This document shows, piece after piece, positions 56,172 through 63,632 of a stretch of 64,000 bases of DNA (positions are counted from its first letter, which is position 1; every line of letters begins with the position of its first letter). The notes under the pieces are model-generated. The model saw only the letters and a program-made list of their open reading frames with translations. It was not told where the DNA came from and ran no database searches. The DNA lies in IMG/VR virus record IMGVR_UViG_3300045988_132703. One strand, given 5' to 3'. The DNA is from a virus. Position numbers and translations under genes: made by a program.

Positions 56172-56245
56172 AGTAAACCTCTTTCTCCTACACTTTCGGC
56201 AGTAGGCGCTCTGTTTTAAGTTCTGCTCTCTTTGAGAACATATTC

Positions 56246-56274
56246 ATTATACCATAGGTTGCGAAGTTTGTCAA
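56246..56274 (-). promoter_or_regulatory. promoter of 55851-56171
   Basis: Minus strand TTGACA-17-TATAAT, TGg extension. Confidence 0.65.
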
Positions 56275-56380
56275 GAGTTTTTTGAATTTTTCCTGTTGCT
56301 CTGTCGTTGAGTTATTCGCTCTCTTGAAGTTTCCGTTCCCTTTGGAGTGATTATAGTATATCATACTCTCAGGAAAATAG

Positions 56381-56430
56381 ACATAGACAAATCAATCAAG
56401 AATATGGACAAACGTTGCACCGCGCCCGGG
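56381..56430. repeat. about 50-bp intergenic repeat, copy 1
   Basis: ACATAGACAAATCAATCAAGAATATGGACAAACGTTGCACCGCGCCCGGG. Confidence 0.7.
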
Positions 56431-56456
56431 CGCGCTTCGTTAAATTTTTAACAAAG
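56424..56456. repeat. B-A module
   Basis: GCCCGGGC then CGTTAAATTTTTAACAAAG. Confidence 0.7.
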
Positions 56457-56464
56457 TAGAATAT

Positions 56465-56492
56465 AAGAAAAGGGGCAAGATTTTCTTGCCCC
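56465..56492 (-). terminator. terminator of 56499-56903
   Basis: Minus strand GGGGCAAG-aaaat-CTTGCCCC then TTTTCTT. Confidence 0.7.
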
Positions 56493-56498
56493 AATTCA

Positions 56499-56903
56499 TT
56501 ACTGCTCGACAGAATCGCCCTCGGCGTCAGTGTTTGCGGCTTCACGCTTGGCCTTCTTGGCGGCTTTTACCGCGTCACGCTGGGCTTTCGCGCGTGCCTT
56601 TTCAGCGTCTTTACGCGCCTTTTCAGCAAGGCGTGCCTGCTTTGCGTCCTCACGCGCCTTAACAGTGAAGTCATACTCCTCCGAGGCAGCGGCAAGATCA
56701 TAAGCCTTTGCCTTTTCAGTATCCGCATAGCGGTGTGCGGCAACCTTAACGGTCATCGGCACATCAATCTCGGTCTCACCGTCTTTGACGGTGACATACA
56801 TACCGAACTCTGCACCATCAACCTGATACGGCAGGTCTGCCAGCTTCAGCTGGGCGATAATCTGCTGACGGGCGGCTTCCATAATTTCAAACTGCTTCAT
56901 CAT
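56499..56903 (-). CDS. small protein with basic tail, paralog 2
   Basis: ATG at 56903 after AAAGAGG; tail AKQARLAEKARKDAEKARAKAQRDAVKAAKKAKREA. Confidence 0.65.
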   Translation of the reverse strand: MMKQFEIMEAARQQIIAQLKLADLPYQVDGAEFGMYVTVKDGETEIDVPMTVKVAAHRYADTEKAKAYDLAAASEEYDFTVKAREDAKQARLAEKARKDAEKARAKAQRDAVKAAKKAKREAANTDAEGDSVEQ

Positions 56904-56969
56904 AAGTGTACCTCTTTCTCTCACTCTTGGCTGTGAGCGCCTTGTTCTGTACCCCTTTGGAGTATCTTT

Positions 56970-56998
56970 ATTATATCACAGTCAGTGGAATTTGTCAA
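56970..56998 (-). promoter_or_regulatory. promoter of 56499-56903
   Basis: Minus strand TTGACA-17-TATAAT, TGa extension. Confidence 0.65.
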
Positions 56999-57085
56999 GC
57001 GTTTTTTTAGAATTTCTTTTGAAGTTCTTCGCTTGCTTTCCTCTCTTGACTGTATATATAGTATACCATAGCAATGCATAAATGA

Positions 57086-57134
57086 ACATAGACAAATCAT
57101 GCAAGAACATGGATAAATGTTGCAGGCGCCCGGG
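57086..57134. repeat. about 50-bp intergenic repeat, copy 2
   Basis: ACATAGACAAATCATGCAAGAACATGGATAAATGTTGCAGGCGCCCGGG. Confidence 0.7.
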
Positions 57135-57156
57135 CGCGAGTTAGGTATGACTAACT
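57128..57156. repeat. B-C module
   Basis: GCCCGGGC then AGTTAGGTATGACTAACT. Confidence 0.7.
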
Positions 57157-57160
57157 CAAA

Positions 57161-57197
57161 AGAAAAAGAAAAGAGCCGTTCTGATTTTGAACGGCTC
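57161..57197 (-). terminator. terminator of 57204-58004
   Basis: Minus strand GAGCCGTTC-aaaatca-GAACGGCTC then TTTTCTTTTT. Confidence 0.7.
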
Positions 57198-57203
57198 AAT
57201 TTT

Positions 57204-58004
57204 TTATAGTGCGGCCAACTTTTTACGCAGTTCCTTCAACTCTTTTTCGAGTTCTTCAATTTCGGACTGAATCTCAATTTTCTTCGCGGCAACTTTCTTT
57301 TGATTGCGGCGATTGATTTTTTGCGCCTTCTGCCATACGCCACCACGCGGAGTTTTGTCCAGCTTTTTGTGCATAGCTAAGCACTTTTTCAAAATTAACG
57401 CTTCTATGTTGGAATCGTCAATGCCTTTGTGCTGTTCGACAAACTCAAAATTTCCAGTCAAAAAACGGTAGGCACATTCCGCATTTGTAAGAATGTTTCC
57501 CTTTTCAGATACCCAGCCCTGCGCAATAGCGGTCTTATAGTAGTCATTACCAGCAAGGAACGCACAAGCGGCCATATTCCAAATACAGTACAGCCGAACG
57601 CCCTTTTTCCAAAACCATTTATAACGACCGTCCGTTGAAAAATTCATGAGATTGTTAAGAGCGCGGCGGTCAAAAGCCATGTTGTAAGCGTAGCACTCTT
57701 TGCAATTAAACTGCGCTAAATCGTCGAAAAAAGTCTTTCGCGCGAAATATGCGCTGACAAGTTGTTTTTTGCCTGCCCAAATATCCTCCCAATAAGAAGG
57801 AACCTTTTGAACGTAATAGGCCGAATCCATCAGCGTATTATCGAGAAAAATTTCTTTAATAACAAAAGAACGGCGGCAAATCTCGCGCATCTCTGCGCCC
57901 TCGTACAAAATGTAAGAGAAGTCATAAGGGAGGGGCTTATTCAAACCCCCTGCAGTTTCAGTATCGAGAACGCAACGAATCTTTTTTTTACTCAATGGGT
58001 GCAA
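57204..58004 (-). CDS. DEDDh (DnaQ-like) 3'-5' exonuclease with C-terminal coiled coil
   Basis: VLDTETAG (ExoI), YNMAFDRRAL (ExoII), HKGIDDSNIEAL (ExoIII, H-x4-D). Confidence 0.7.
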   Translation of the reverse strand: MHPLSKKKIRCVLDTETAGGLNKPLPYDFSYILYEGAEMREICRRSFVIKEIFLDNTLMDSAYYVQKVPSYWEDIWAGKKQLVSAYFARKTFFDDLAQFNCKECYAYNMAFDRRALNNLMNFSTDGRYKWFWKKGVRLYCIWNMAACAFLAGNDYYKTAIAQGWVSEKGNILTNAECAYRFLTGNFEFVEQHKGIDDSNIEALILKKCLAMHKKLDKTPRGGVWQKAQKINRRNQKKVAAKKIEIQSEIEELEKELKELRKKLAAL

Positions 58005-58035
58005 CCTCTTTCTGTTAATTTTTTAGAACATTATT

Positions 58036-58064
58036 ATTATAACAGACTGTATACAATTTGTCAA
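58036..58064 (-). promoter_or_regulatory. promoter of 57204-58004
   Basis: Minus strand TTGACA-17-TATAAT. Confidence 0.6.
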
Positions 58065-58118
58065 GTCAAAAGACAAAAGAATTTTCAAATGAATTTTATG
58101 CAATATGCCGAAAATGAG

Positions 58119-58172
58119 AGTTAGGCTTGACTAACCGCGTCCGGGCAGCCGCTTGTTAAATTTTTCACAAAG
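58119..58172. repeat. C-B-A module
   Basis: AGTTAGGCTTGACTAACC / TCCGGGC / TTGTTAAATTTTTCACAAAG. Confidence 0.7.
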
Positions 58173-58217
58173 TTGGGTCAAAAGAAAAGAGAGCGCATTT
58201 CTGCGCCCTCAATTCTA

Positions 58218-58586
58218 TCAAGCCTTTTCGGCGTCACGAGCCGCCTTTTCTGCGGCACGCTTGGCACGGCGGTCAGCGTCAGCCTTGACCTTATCGTCAT
58301 GCTTGCGCTTGCGCTCTGCGGCCTTTGCGGCGGATTCCGCCAGCTCTGCCTGATACTTCTCGACCGCATCGTCAAGGTCGAACGCGGCGACCTTTTCGGT
58401 GGCAATGGGGTTCGCGGCAGTCACCGCAATCTTGGTGTAGGTCTGGTTGCCCTCATAGTCGATAGAGGGGATAGCCCACAGGCCAGAGCCAATCTGGACA
58501 GCACCGAGGGCTTCCAGATTCAGCTTTGCAAGGGTGTCAGCCTTGATAGCGGAAAGCAGGTCGGACTTCTTCATAGTGTTAGCCAT
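58218..58586 (-). CDS. small protein with basic tail, paralog 3
   Basis: MANTMKKSDLLS.. N-domain closely matches 55851-56171; tail AAERKRKHDDKVKADADRRAKRAAEKAARDAEKA. Confidence 0.65.
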   Translation of the reverse strand: MANTMKKSDLLSAIKADTLAKLNLEALGAVQIGSGLWAIPSIDYEGNQTYTKIAVTAANPIATEKVAAFDLDDAVEKYQAELAESAAKAAERKRKHDDKVKADADRRAKRAAEKAARDAEKA

Positions 58587-58654
58587 AAGATACCTCTTTC
58601 TCTTGCAGTCAGTCGCAAGTCACTTTGTTTTTCTGTTCCTCTTGGAACATCTTT

Positions 58655-58683
58655 ATTATAGCACAGTCGAGAGCGTTTGTCAA
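58655..58683 (-). promoter_or_regulatory. promoter of 58218-58586
   Basis: Minus strand TTGACA-17-TATAAT, TGc extension. Confidence 0.65.
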
Positions 58684-58778
58684 GAATTTTTTTTATTTTT
58701 TTTTGAACTCTTTGTGAGTGATTTCTTATTCCGTTCCCTTGACTGTATATATAGTATAGCACAACTAAACGCTAATGG

Positions 58779-58826
58779 ACATAGACAAATCGTGCAAGAA
58801 CATGGATAAATGTTGCGCCGTGCCCG
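58779..58826. repeat. about 50-bp intergenic repeat, copy 3
   Basis: ACATAGACAAATCGTGCAAGAACATGGATAAATGTTGCGCCGTGCCCGG. Confidence 0.7.
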
Positions 58827-58830
58827 GACG

Positions 58831-58856
58831 AAAAAGAAGTCCCATAAAAGGGACTC
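58831..58856 (-). terminator. terminator of 58864-59268
   Basis: Minus strand AGTCCC-ttttat-GGGACT then TCTTTTT. Confidence 0.55.
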
Positions 58857-58863
58857 CAATTTG

Positions 58864-59268
58864 TTACACCAAAGAGTAGTAAGCATTTGTATTTTTAACA
58901 ACCAGCTTTGTGTGGTCGCTATTAAATTTACATCTATTACCACAAGCCTGGCAATTTCTGGTATCCGCTGAATAGCTACACCAATCTTCAAGGGGAATTT
59001 CCAGCGTGCCTTCGTCAACTTCTTCACGCTTAACAAGTCCCATCTTGACGAGCCGCCGACAACAAGCAGCAATCATCTCAACAGTAACACCGCGAGGGAA
59101 ACCAACATTATCATTGACCCACTGGCGAATTTCTTTGCATCGTACAGGGCGATTCATATCTTGAAGCGCGTGATAAACGCAATCAGTGCACATGAGCTGC
59201 CACGCAGGAGCGGACAGCATAGGGAAAGCGCGAAGAATGTTTTCGTTGCAATCAATAACAATAGACAT
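58864..59268 (-). CDS. putative winged-helix protein with C-terminal Cys cluster
   Basis: ATG at 59268 after GAAAGAGG; ..RRLVKMGLVKRE.. then C..CQACGNRC. Confidence 0.5.
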   Translation of the reverse strand: MSIVIDCNENILRAFPMLSAPAWQLMCTDCVYHALQDMNRPVRCKEIRQWVNDNVGFPRGVTVEMIAACCRRLVKMGLVKREEVDEGTLEIPLEDWCSYSADTRNCQACGNRCKFNSDHTKLVVKNTNAYYSLV

Positions 59269-59310
59269 ATTAGTTACCTCTTTCTTTCTTTTCTCTCTTG
59301 GTGTACCTAT

Positions 59311-59339
59311 ATTATATATCATTTGCTCTTGAATGTCAA
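59311..59339 (-). promoter_or_regulatory. promoter of 58864-59268
   Basis: Minus strand TTGACA-17-TATAAT. Confidence 0.6.
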
Positions 59340-59353
59340 TAGGTAAAGTGAAA

Positions 59354-59403
59354 GTTATTTATTTAACAATGTCTTGCCCGGGCGCAGTTAGGCTTAACTA
59401 ACT
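59354..59403. repeat. A-B-C module between divergent promoters
   Basis: GTTATTTATTTAACAATG / GCCCGGGC / AGTTAGGCTTAACTAACT. Confidence 0.75.
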
Positions 59404-59421
59404 ATTTTGCAAAAATAATGC

Positions 59422-59450
59422 TTGACTTTTGAACGCGGCTGTGCTATACT
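59422..59450 (+). promoter_or_regulatory. promoter of kinase-like gene
   Basis: TTGACT-17-TATACT, TGc extension. Confidence 0.6.
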
Positions 59451-59475
59451 AATAATAAAGAAAGCGAGGTACGCA

Positions 59476-60111
59476 ATGAAAATCACAAAACTCAAATTTG
59501 AAACCGATTTTCCTATCGACTTTTTCTTGGTCCTCAATACTTGCCCTCGGAATAAAGAGAAACGTTATTGGTGGGCAATCAATTTTGCTAAAGAATGGGG
59601 GCTTGAAGTTCACAGCGGCATGACGCGCGTTGCTTTTGTGTTTGATGATTTTGCAATCAAACTTGATATTAACTCTACCACTAACGGTTGTGAGGAAGAA
59701 TACAAGCGTTTCCAGGTTGCACGCGAATATGGAATTGAACGAATCCTTTTGACCATTGAAAAATGGTACACCTCGCCGCGTGGTGTTACTTTTTACATTC
59801 AGCCCAAATGCGGCGAATTGGTGTACGATTATGATGCCGATGAATATACAGACACCTTTAATGCAGTAGCAAGCACTTTGGAACATCAAGGTTATTGCAG
59901 GCGTAAAATTAGACGCTATATCGATAAAATGCCTTACGAAATCGAGGAGATGGAATGGGTAGGTCGTTGTGTGCAATATTACGGTTGGAAATTTATGCAC
60001 CGTCTGATGGACTGGATGCAAGATTATAACATCACGGATTTGCACGGCGGGAATATTGGCTTTGTAGCGCACAATCGCCCTGTAATTTTTGATTACGCAG
60101 GCGTGAGATAG
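59476..60111 (+). CDS. protein-kinase-fold protein
   Basis: FAIKLD (beta3 Lys), EEEYKRF (helix C Glu), TDLHGGNIG (catalytic loop), IFDYAG (DFG-like); ends at TAG 60109, next in-frame TAA 60127. Confidence 0.6.
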   Translation: MKITKLKFETDFPIDFFLVLNTCPRNKEKRYWWAINFAKEWGLEVHSGMTRVAFVFDDFAIKLDINSTTNGCEEEYKRFQVAREYGIERILLTIEKWYTSPRGVTFYIQPKCGELVYDYDADEYTDTFNAVASTLEHQGYCRRKIRRYIDKMPYEIEEMEWVGRCVQYYGWKFMHRLMDWMQDYNITDLHGGNIGFVAHNRPVIFDYAGVR

Positions 60112-60117
60112 TCAGCT

Positions 60118-60149
60118 GGGTCACATTAAATGTGACCCTTTTATTTTTT
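60118..60149 (+). terminator. terminator of kinase-like gene
   Basis: GGGTCACAT-taa-ATGTGACCC then TTTTATTTTTT. Confidence 0.7.
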
Positions 60150-60155
60150 ATGCAG

Positions 60156-60202
60156 AGTTAGGTGCAACTAACTGTGCCCGGGTGGATTAGGTACGACTAA
60201 CT
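60156..60202. repeat. C-B-C module
   Basis: AGTTAGGTGCAACTAACT / GCCCGGG / ATTAGGTACGACTAACT. Confidence 0.7.
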
Positions 60203-60212
60203 ACACACAAAA

Positions 60213-60233
60213 TAAAAACCCGCCGAAGCGGGC
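60213..60233 (-). terminator. terminator of 60238-60456
   Basis: Minus strand CCCGC-ttcg-GCGGG then TTTTT. Confidence 0.6.
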
Positions 60234-60237
60234 AAAT

Positions 60238-60456
60238 TCATTCCTTAAACTTTACATTCATAAAGACTTCTACTTTTTCATCAGCCGTGAAGAATACGGG
60301 CAAACCATTCGAGAGCATCACGGCATTATACAGTCGATTCTGCGCGATAAAACGCGGAACAACCAAACACAGTCTACCGTGAGGATAACGAACATAATCA
60401 CCCACCTCTGTATTACCAAACAGAGATAAAGTTTTTTCGGTAAGGTTAATCTGCAT
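60238..60456 (-). CDS. small beta-rich protein, family member
   Basis: Track ORF; FGNTEVGDYV...NAVMLSNG..VFF pattern shared with 62491, 63388 and 63633 genes. Confidence 0.55.
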   Translation of the reverse strand: MQINLTEKTLSLFGNTEVGDYVRYPHGRLCLVVPRFIAQNRLYNAVMLSNGLPVFFTADEKVEVFMNVKFKE

Positions 60457-60556
60457 AGATACCAGCTCCTATTGATAAATTAAAATGCTTGACGGGAGTT
60501 TTCTGGCTTGACTATTGCCTTGCCTACCCGTTAGTTCATTTCCTTTTGATGTATTT

Positions 60557-60585
60557 ATCATATCATACTTAATCCCGATTGTCAA
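60557..60585 (-). promoter_or_regulatory. promoter of 60238-60456
   Basis: Minus strand TTGACA-17-TATGAT, TGa extension. Confidence 0.55.
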
Positions 60586-60742
60586 GAGCTTTGCGGCAAA
60601 TTTCTTTGTTGATTTTGCGCATCTTACGCGTACAGTCATGCTTATCTTGACGGATAGAGTTTAACCGCGCGTGCTGACAGTAAAAGTGACGCGCAAACTT
60701 ATCCTCAAAGGTCAGTTTCTTTTTCTCGTTTTTTGCAGCCAT
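60569..60742 (-). CDS. hypothetical small basic protein
   Basis: 57-codon ORF MAAKNEKKKLTFEDKF..; AAAGGAGA SD; own promoter 60764-60792. Confidence 0.4.
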   Translation of the reverse strand: MAAKNEKKKLTFEDKFARHFYCQHARLNSIRQDKHDCTRKMRKINKEICRKALDNRD

Positions 60743-60763
60743 ACTATCGTCTCCTTTTTCTAT

Positions 60764-60792
60764 ATTATACTATATATAAAGTAAAATGTTAA
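60764..60792 (-). promoter_or_regulatory. promoter of 60569-60742
   Basis: Minus strand TTAACA-17-TATAAT. Confidence 0.5.
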
Positions 60793-60794
60793 GC

Positions 60795-60844
60795 GTTATT
60801 TATTTAACAAAGTTCGCCCGGCGGATGGTTAGGCATAACTAACT
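60795..60844. repeat. A-B-C module between divergent promoters
   Basis: GTTATTTATTTAACAAAG / GCCCGGC / GGTTAGGCATAACTAACT. Confidence 0.75.
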
Positions 60845-60857
60845 TTAAAAATAATGC

Positions 60858-60886
60858 TTGACATTTCGGGATAATTATGCTATAAT
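60858..60886 (+). promoter_or_regulatory. promoter of 60907-61251
   Basis: TTGACA-17-TATAAT, TGc extension. Confidence 0.65.
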
Positions 60887-60906
60887 AAATACATCAAAAG
60901 GAGGTA

Positions 60907-61251
60907 ATGAATATGAAGAAAATGATCGAAATGGATTGCTGCGATGTTTGCGGCAAACCGATATATATGTCGCCTAAGTATATTAACAGCTATGCTTTCA
61001 AGAACGGCAATGGACAGCAATTTGATGCAGTTCTTTGTGAGGATTGTTTAGAAAATAACAAAGTCTTTGAGTGCGCAGGTTGCGGTTGCTATCTGCGTAA
61101 TGAAGATGCTTTCCATGTAGATTGCTACGACTACTGTGAGCAGTGTGCTGAAGAAGTGCTCGAAGATAAGCGTCAGGAAATCAAAGATCTGGAGGGTAAT
61201 TTGAAAAACGCAAGAGAAGCGTTCGAACGCCGTAAGGTAGAGAGGGAGTAA
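60907..61251 (+). CDS. Cys-rich zinc-binding protein
   Basis: CCDVCG...CEDC...CAGCGC...CEQC; GGAGG SD. Confidence 0.6.
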   Translation: MNMKKMIEMDCCDVCGKPIYMSPKYINSYAFKNGNGQQFDAVLCEDCLENNKVFECAGCGCYLRNEDAFHVDCYDYCEQCAEEVLEDKRQEIKDLEGNLKNAREAFERRKVERE

Positions 61252-61268
61252 TCCCTCTTTTTTATTTT
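61241..61268 (+). terminator. terminator of 60907-61251
   Basis: AGAGGGA-gtaa-TCCCTCT then TTTTTATTTT. Confidence 0.65.
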
Positions 61269-61269
61269 G

Positions 61270-61320
61270 ATTAGTTAGTCATAACTAATTTGCCCGGGTA
61301 GCAGTTAGCTTTAACTAACT
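61270..61320. repeat. C-B-C module
   Basis: ATTAGTTAGTCATAACTAAT / GCCCGGG / AGTTAGCTTTAACTAACT. Confidence 0.7.
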
Positions 61321-61329
61321 CTTGATATT

Positions 61330-61353
61330 AAAAAAGAGGGCTTTTCAGCCCTC
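61330..61353 (-). terminator. terminator of 61358-61648
   Basis: Minus strand GAGGGCT-gaaa-AGCCCTC then TTTTTT. Confidence 0.65.
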
Positions 61354-61357
61354 AAAA

Positions 61358-61648
61358 TTATTTTGACTTAATCGAGATACCTCCGCGAAGCAAAGCGAAA
61401 GCAATATAAATGCCCCAGAAATTAAGCTCTGGAATTGCTGGCAGAAATGTAAACCACGGTAAGAGCATTAGCACATAAAAGGCATACCATAAATGCGCAC
61501 TAAGCAACAAAAGTGCGATGCAAAGTCCAAGGGCGCTCAGCATCAAGCCCATGCTGTCTTTATTTTCATTTAAGGCTTGTAACAGCTCAACAAAAACCAA
61601 CAGCCCGACAAAGTACGCAATCAGCAAAAACCAAAACATTAGATACAC
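61358..61648 (-). CDS. membrane protein (3 TM)
   Basis: Track ORF; almost entirely hydrophobic. Confidence 0.55.
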   Translation of the reverse strand: MYLMFWFLLIAYFVGLLVFVELLQALNENKDSMGLMLSALGLCIALLLLSAHLWYAFYVLMLLPWFTFLPAIPELNFWGIYIAFALLRGGISIKSK

Positions 61649-61827
61649 CCCTTTACCTTGTATGTCATAATGTAATTACGGCGATTCTTGCACTTTTCGT
61701 AGCGCTGGCGTTCCTTTGCTTGGCGATAGGCAATTTCGGGATTGCCCTTAAACTCGATAGGGTCGAGCTTACCACAATTTAGGACAAAGCCATAGTTTTC
61801 ATCAACTTCATAACCGAAAACCTGCAT
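61639..61827 (-). CDS. hypothetical protein
   Basis: Track ORF behind promoter 61860-61888. Confidence 0.5.
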   Translation of the reverse strand: MQVFGYEVDENYGFVLNCGKLDPIEFKGNPEIAYRQAKERQRYEKCKNRRNYIMTYKVKGCI

Positions 61828-61859
61828 TTTATTTTACCTCTCTTTCAGTTTCTATAATT

Positions 61860-61888
61860 ATTATACCATACATTCGCACCATTGTCAA
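61860..61888 (-). promoter_or_regulatory. promoter of 61827-61358 unit
   Basis: Minus strand TTGACA-17-TATAAT, TGg extension. Confidence 0.65.
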
Positions 61889-61891
61889 GAG

Positions 61892-62314
61892 TTATTTCCA
61901 TTCAATATCTTGCGATTCAATCTCTTGCACATCGTAATTTTCATCGAGGGTAAACATTTTGTCTGCGGTCATGAACATCAAACTATAAGGTCCGATGTCA
62001 TTGTCTGCGGCAACAAGCCAAACCTCTTTACCTTTTGCCTTTGCATAACCAATCTCCCACGCCGCACCGTCATCGGATTTATAACCATAGGAGATACACA
62101 CGACAAGGTCAGCCGCATCAAGCTGTTTATGGTCTTCCTCAAAGATTTTCTTTGCCCAAACATGGTTGGGCAGTTCCCATGCATTGGGCACTTGAAAATC
62201 CTGCGGGCAGTAGATAGTTGCGCCGCGGAAAATGGTTTTCAGCCACTTTTCAATGTGCTTAACATTTCTCTGTTCCCATTTGTGAAAAAGCGGACTTGCG
62301 ATGTAGATATTCAT
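61892..62314 (-). CDS. nucleoside 2-deoxyribosyltransferase-like protein
   Basis: MNIYIASPLF N-terminus and DDGAAWEIGYAKAKGK typical of the NDT/Rcl fold. Confidence 0.6.
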   Translation of the reverse strand: MNIYIASPLFHKWEQRNVKHIEKWLKTIFRGATIYCPQDFQVPNAWELPNHVWAKKIFEEDHKQLDAADLVVCISYGYKSDDGAAWEIGYAKAKGKEVWLVAADNDIGPYSLMFMTADKMFTLDENYDVQEIESQDIEWK

Positions 62315-62347
62315 TTTCTTTGTTCCTTTCTCTCTTGGTGTAATTAT

Positions 62348-62376
62348 ATTATACAGTATTGAACGCGAAATATCAA
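62348..62376 (-). promoter_or_regulatory. promoter of 61892-62314
   Basis: Minus strand TTGATA-17-TATAAT. Confidence 0.55.
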
Positions 62377-62428
62377 GGATTATTTTATGAAGATTTGTAT
62401 TATTGATTTGTACTTTTGATGCGCGGCA

Positions 62429-62454
62429 CCCGGGCGAGTTAGATATAACTAACT
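62429..62454. repeat. B-C module
   Basis: CCCGGG then AGTTAGATATAACTAACT. Confidence 0.7.
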
Positions 62455-62461
62455 CTCAATC

Positions 62462-62484
62462 AAAAGAAAACCGCCCGAAGGCGG
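62462..62484 (-). terminator. terminator of 62491-62700
   Basis: Minus strand CCGCC-ttcg-GGCGG then TTTTCTTTT. Confidence 0.6.
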
Positions 62485-62490
62485 ATAGAA

Positions 62491-62700
62491 TCAAAGAACT
62501 TTTAATTCTATTTCAGTATCTTCAACCTCTTGATCAGAATCAAAATATGTTGTTTTTTCTCCTTTCAAAAGGTCAATGACGTCATTGGCACTAATTTTAA
62601 TATAAACTCTTCCTTCATACTGAAAAAATTCACCGAGTTTAAAAGTACCAAACGGAAGAAATACTTTAGAGGATATCAATTTTGCAAAAGACATAATCAA
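62491..62700 (-). CDS. small beta-rich protein, family member
   Basis: FGTFKLGEFFQYEGRVYIKI. Confidence 0.55.
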   Translation of the reverse strand: MIMSFAKLISSKVFLPFGTFKLGEFFQYEGRVYIKISANDVIDLLKGEKTTYFDSDQEVEDTEIELKVL

Positions 62701-63155
62701 AAACCACCTTTCTTAATCAGCTCAAAAAGTTTTTCAGCCGTTACGGCCTTGCCACCGTGTTTTTCCCACGCAGACAAATTCTGTTCTTCGTCATCAAAAA
62801 GAATCGTATTAGTGCGATTTTCTGGGCGGACAATCGACCATTTGGGAACGCCGTAAGCAACCACATGAATTTCTTCCGCATAGGGGAAAAACTTTGCAAG
62901 CCACGCCTTTTTTACCTTGCGGATTTCAGCGTTGAAACCCTTGTTATTTTCTTTAGAACACCAGCTGATAATGCCGATACCAAAACCCTGAGCCTGCAAA
63001 ATCTGCACGATTTCTGCAAACTGTTCAGTCGTGAACAGCGGCTCTGCCACAGCGTAGGGGCGAGGGTCATGAGCCATCAGACAGTCAAGCCAACCGTCCA
63101 CGCCGTAGAAGTTAGCAATCGTGCCATCCATGTCGAAGTAAGCCATTTTTTTCAT
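62697..63155 (-). CDS. HAD-family 5'(3')-deoxyribonucleotidase-like protein
   Basis: YFDMDGTIANF (DxDGT motif I), ILFDDEEQN (motif IV); ATG at 63155 after AAAGGAACAAACAG. Confidence 0.6.
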   Translation of the reverse strand: MKKMAYFDMDGTIANFYGVDGWLDCLMAHDPRPYAVAEPLFTTEQFAEIVQILQAQGFGIGIISWCSKENNKGFNAEIRKVKKAWLAKFFPYAEEIHVVAYGVPKWSIVRPENRTNTILFDDEEQNLSAWEKHGGKAVTAEKLFELIKKGGF

Positions 63156-63189
63156 ATCTGTTTGTTCCTTTCTCTCTTGGTGTATATAT

Positions 63190-63218
63190 AGTATAGCATA
63201 CCCTGCGGCTTTTGTCAA
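63190..63218 (-). promoter_or_regulatory. promoter of 63155-62491 unit
   Basis: Minus strand TTGACA-17-TATACT, TGc extension. Confidence 0.6.
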
Positions 63219-63269
63219 CAGATTTTTTTATGGACATTTATATTATTGATTTGTACTTTTGACGCAGCG

Positions 63270-63299
63270 GCCCGGGCAGCACTTTGTTAAATAATTAAC
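63270..63299. repeat. B-A module
   Basis: GCCCGGGC then TTTGTTAAATAATTAAC. Confidence 0.65.
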
Positions 63300-63313
63300 T
63301 TTCGTTTTGAGTA

Positions 63314-63342
63314 TTGACAAATGAGGAAAAGTATAGTATAAT
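63314..63342 (+). promoter_or_regulatory. promoter of 63388-63893 unit
   Basis: TTGACA-17-TATAAT. Confidence 0.65.
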
Positions 63343-63387
63343 ATAAGTACACCAAGAGAAAAGGACAAATGAAAGGAAATTTTAGTT

Positions 63388-63624
63388 ATGAAGGTTTCTG
63401 TTATTCCTGAGGATTATATCTCTTACGCCTTTGGAAATGTGAAAATTGGCGATATGTTTCAGGACAATGAAGGAACATGGTTTATGAAAGTTGAGTATGA
63501 GGATGAAAACTGCGATAGACAAGACGTATTTGGATTGAGCCTTGAAGATGGAACACTATACGTTTTTAATGATAAAGAACCTATCATGCGGTTTTTCACG
63601 CCGTCCGCAATCACTGTCCAATAA
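63388..63624 (+). CDS. small beta-rich protein, family member
   Basis: FGNVKIGDMFQDNEGTWFMKV...LEDGTLYVF. Confidence 0.55.
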   Translation: MKVSVIPEDYISYAFGNVKIGDMFQDNEGTWFMKVEYEDENCDRQDVFGLSLEDGTLYVFNDKEPIMRFFTPSAITVQ

Positions 63625-63632
63625 AAGGAGAA

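Noticed and set aside
55772-58661. Track ORFs antisense to the GC-richer basic-tail genes (55772-56002, 55885-56088, 56733-56936, 58153-58353, 58173-58661, 58178-58405)
   Set aside because: GC-richer segments keep several frames open. The minus-strand genes have an SD, promoter, terminator and paralog support. These alternatives have none.
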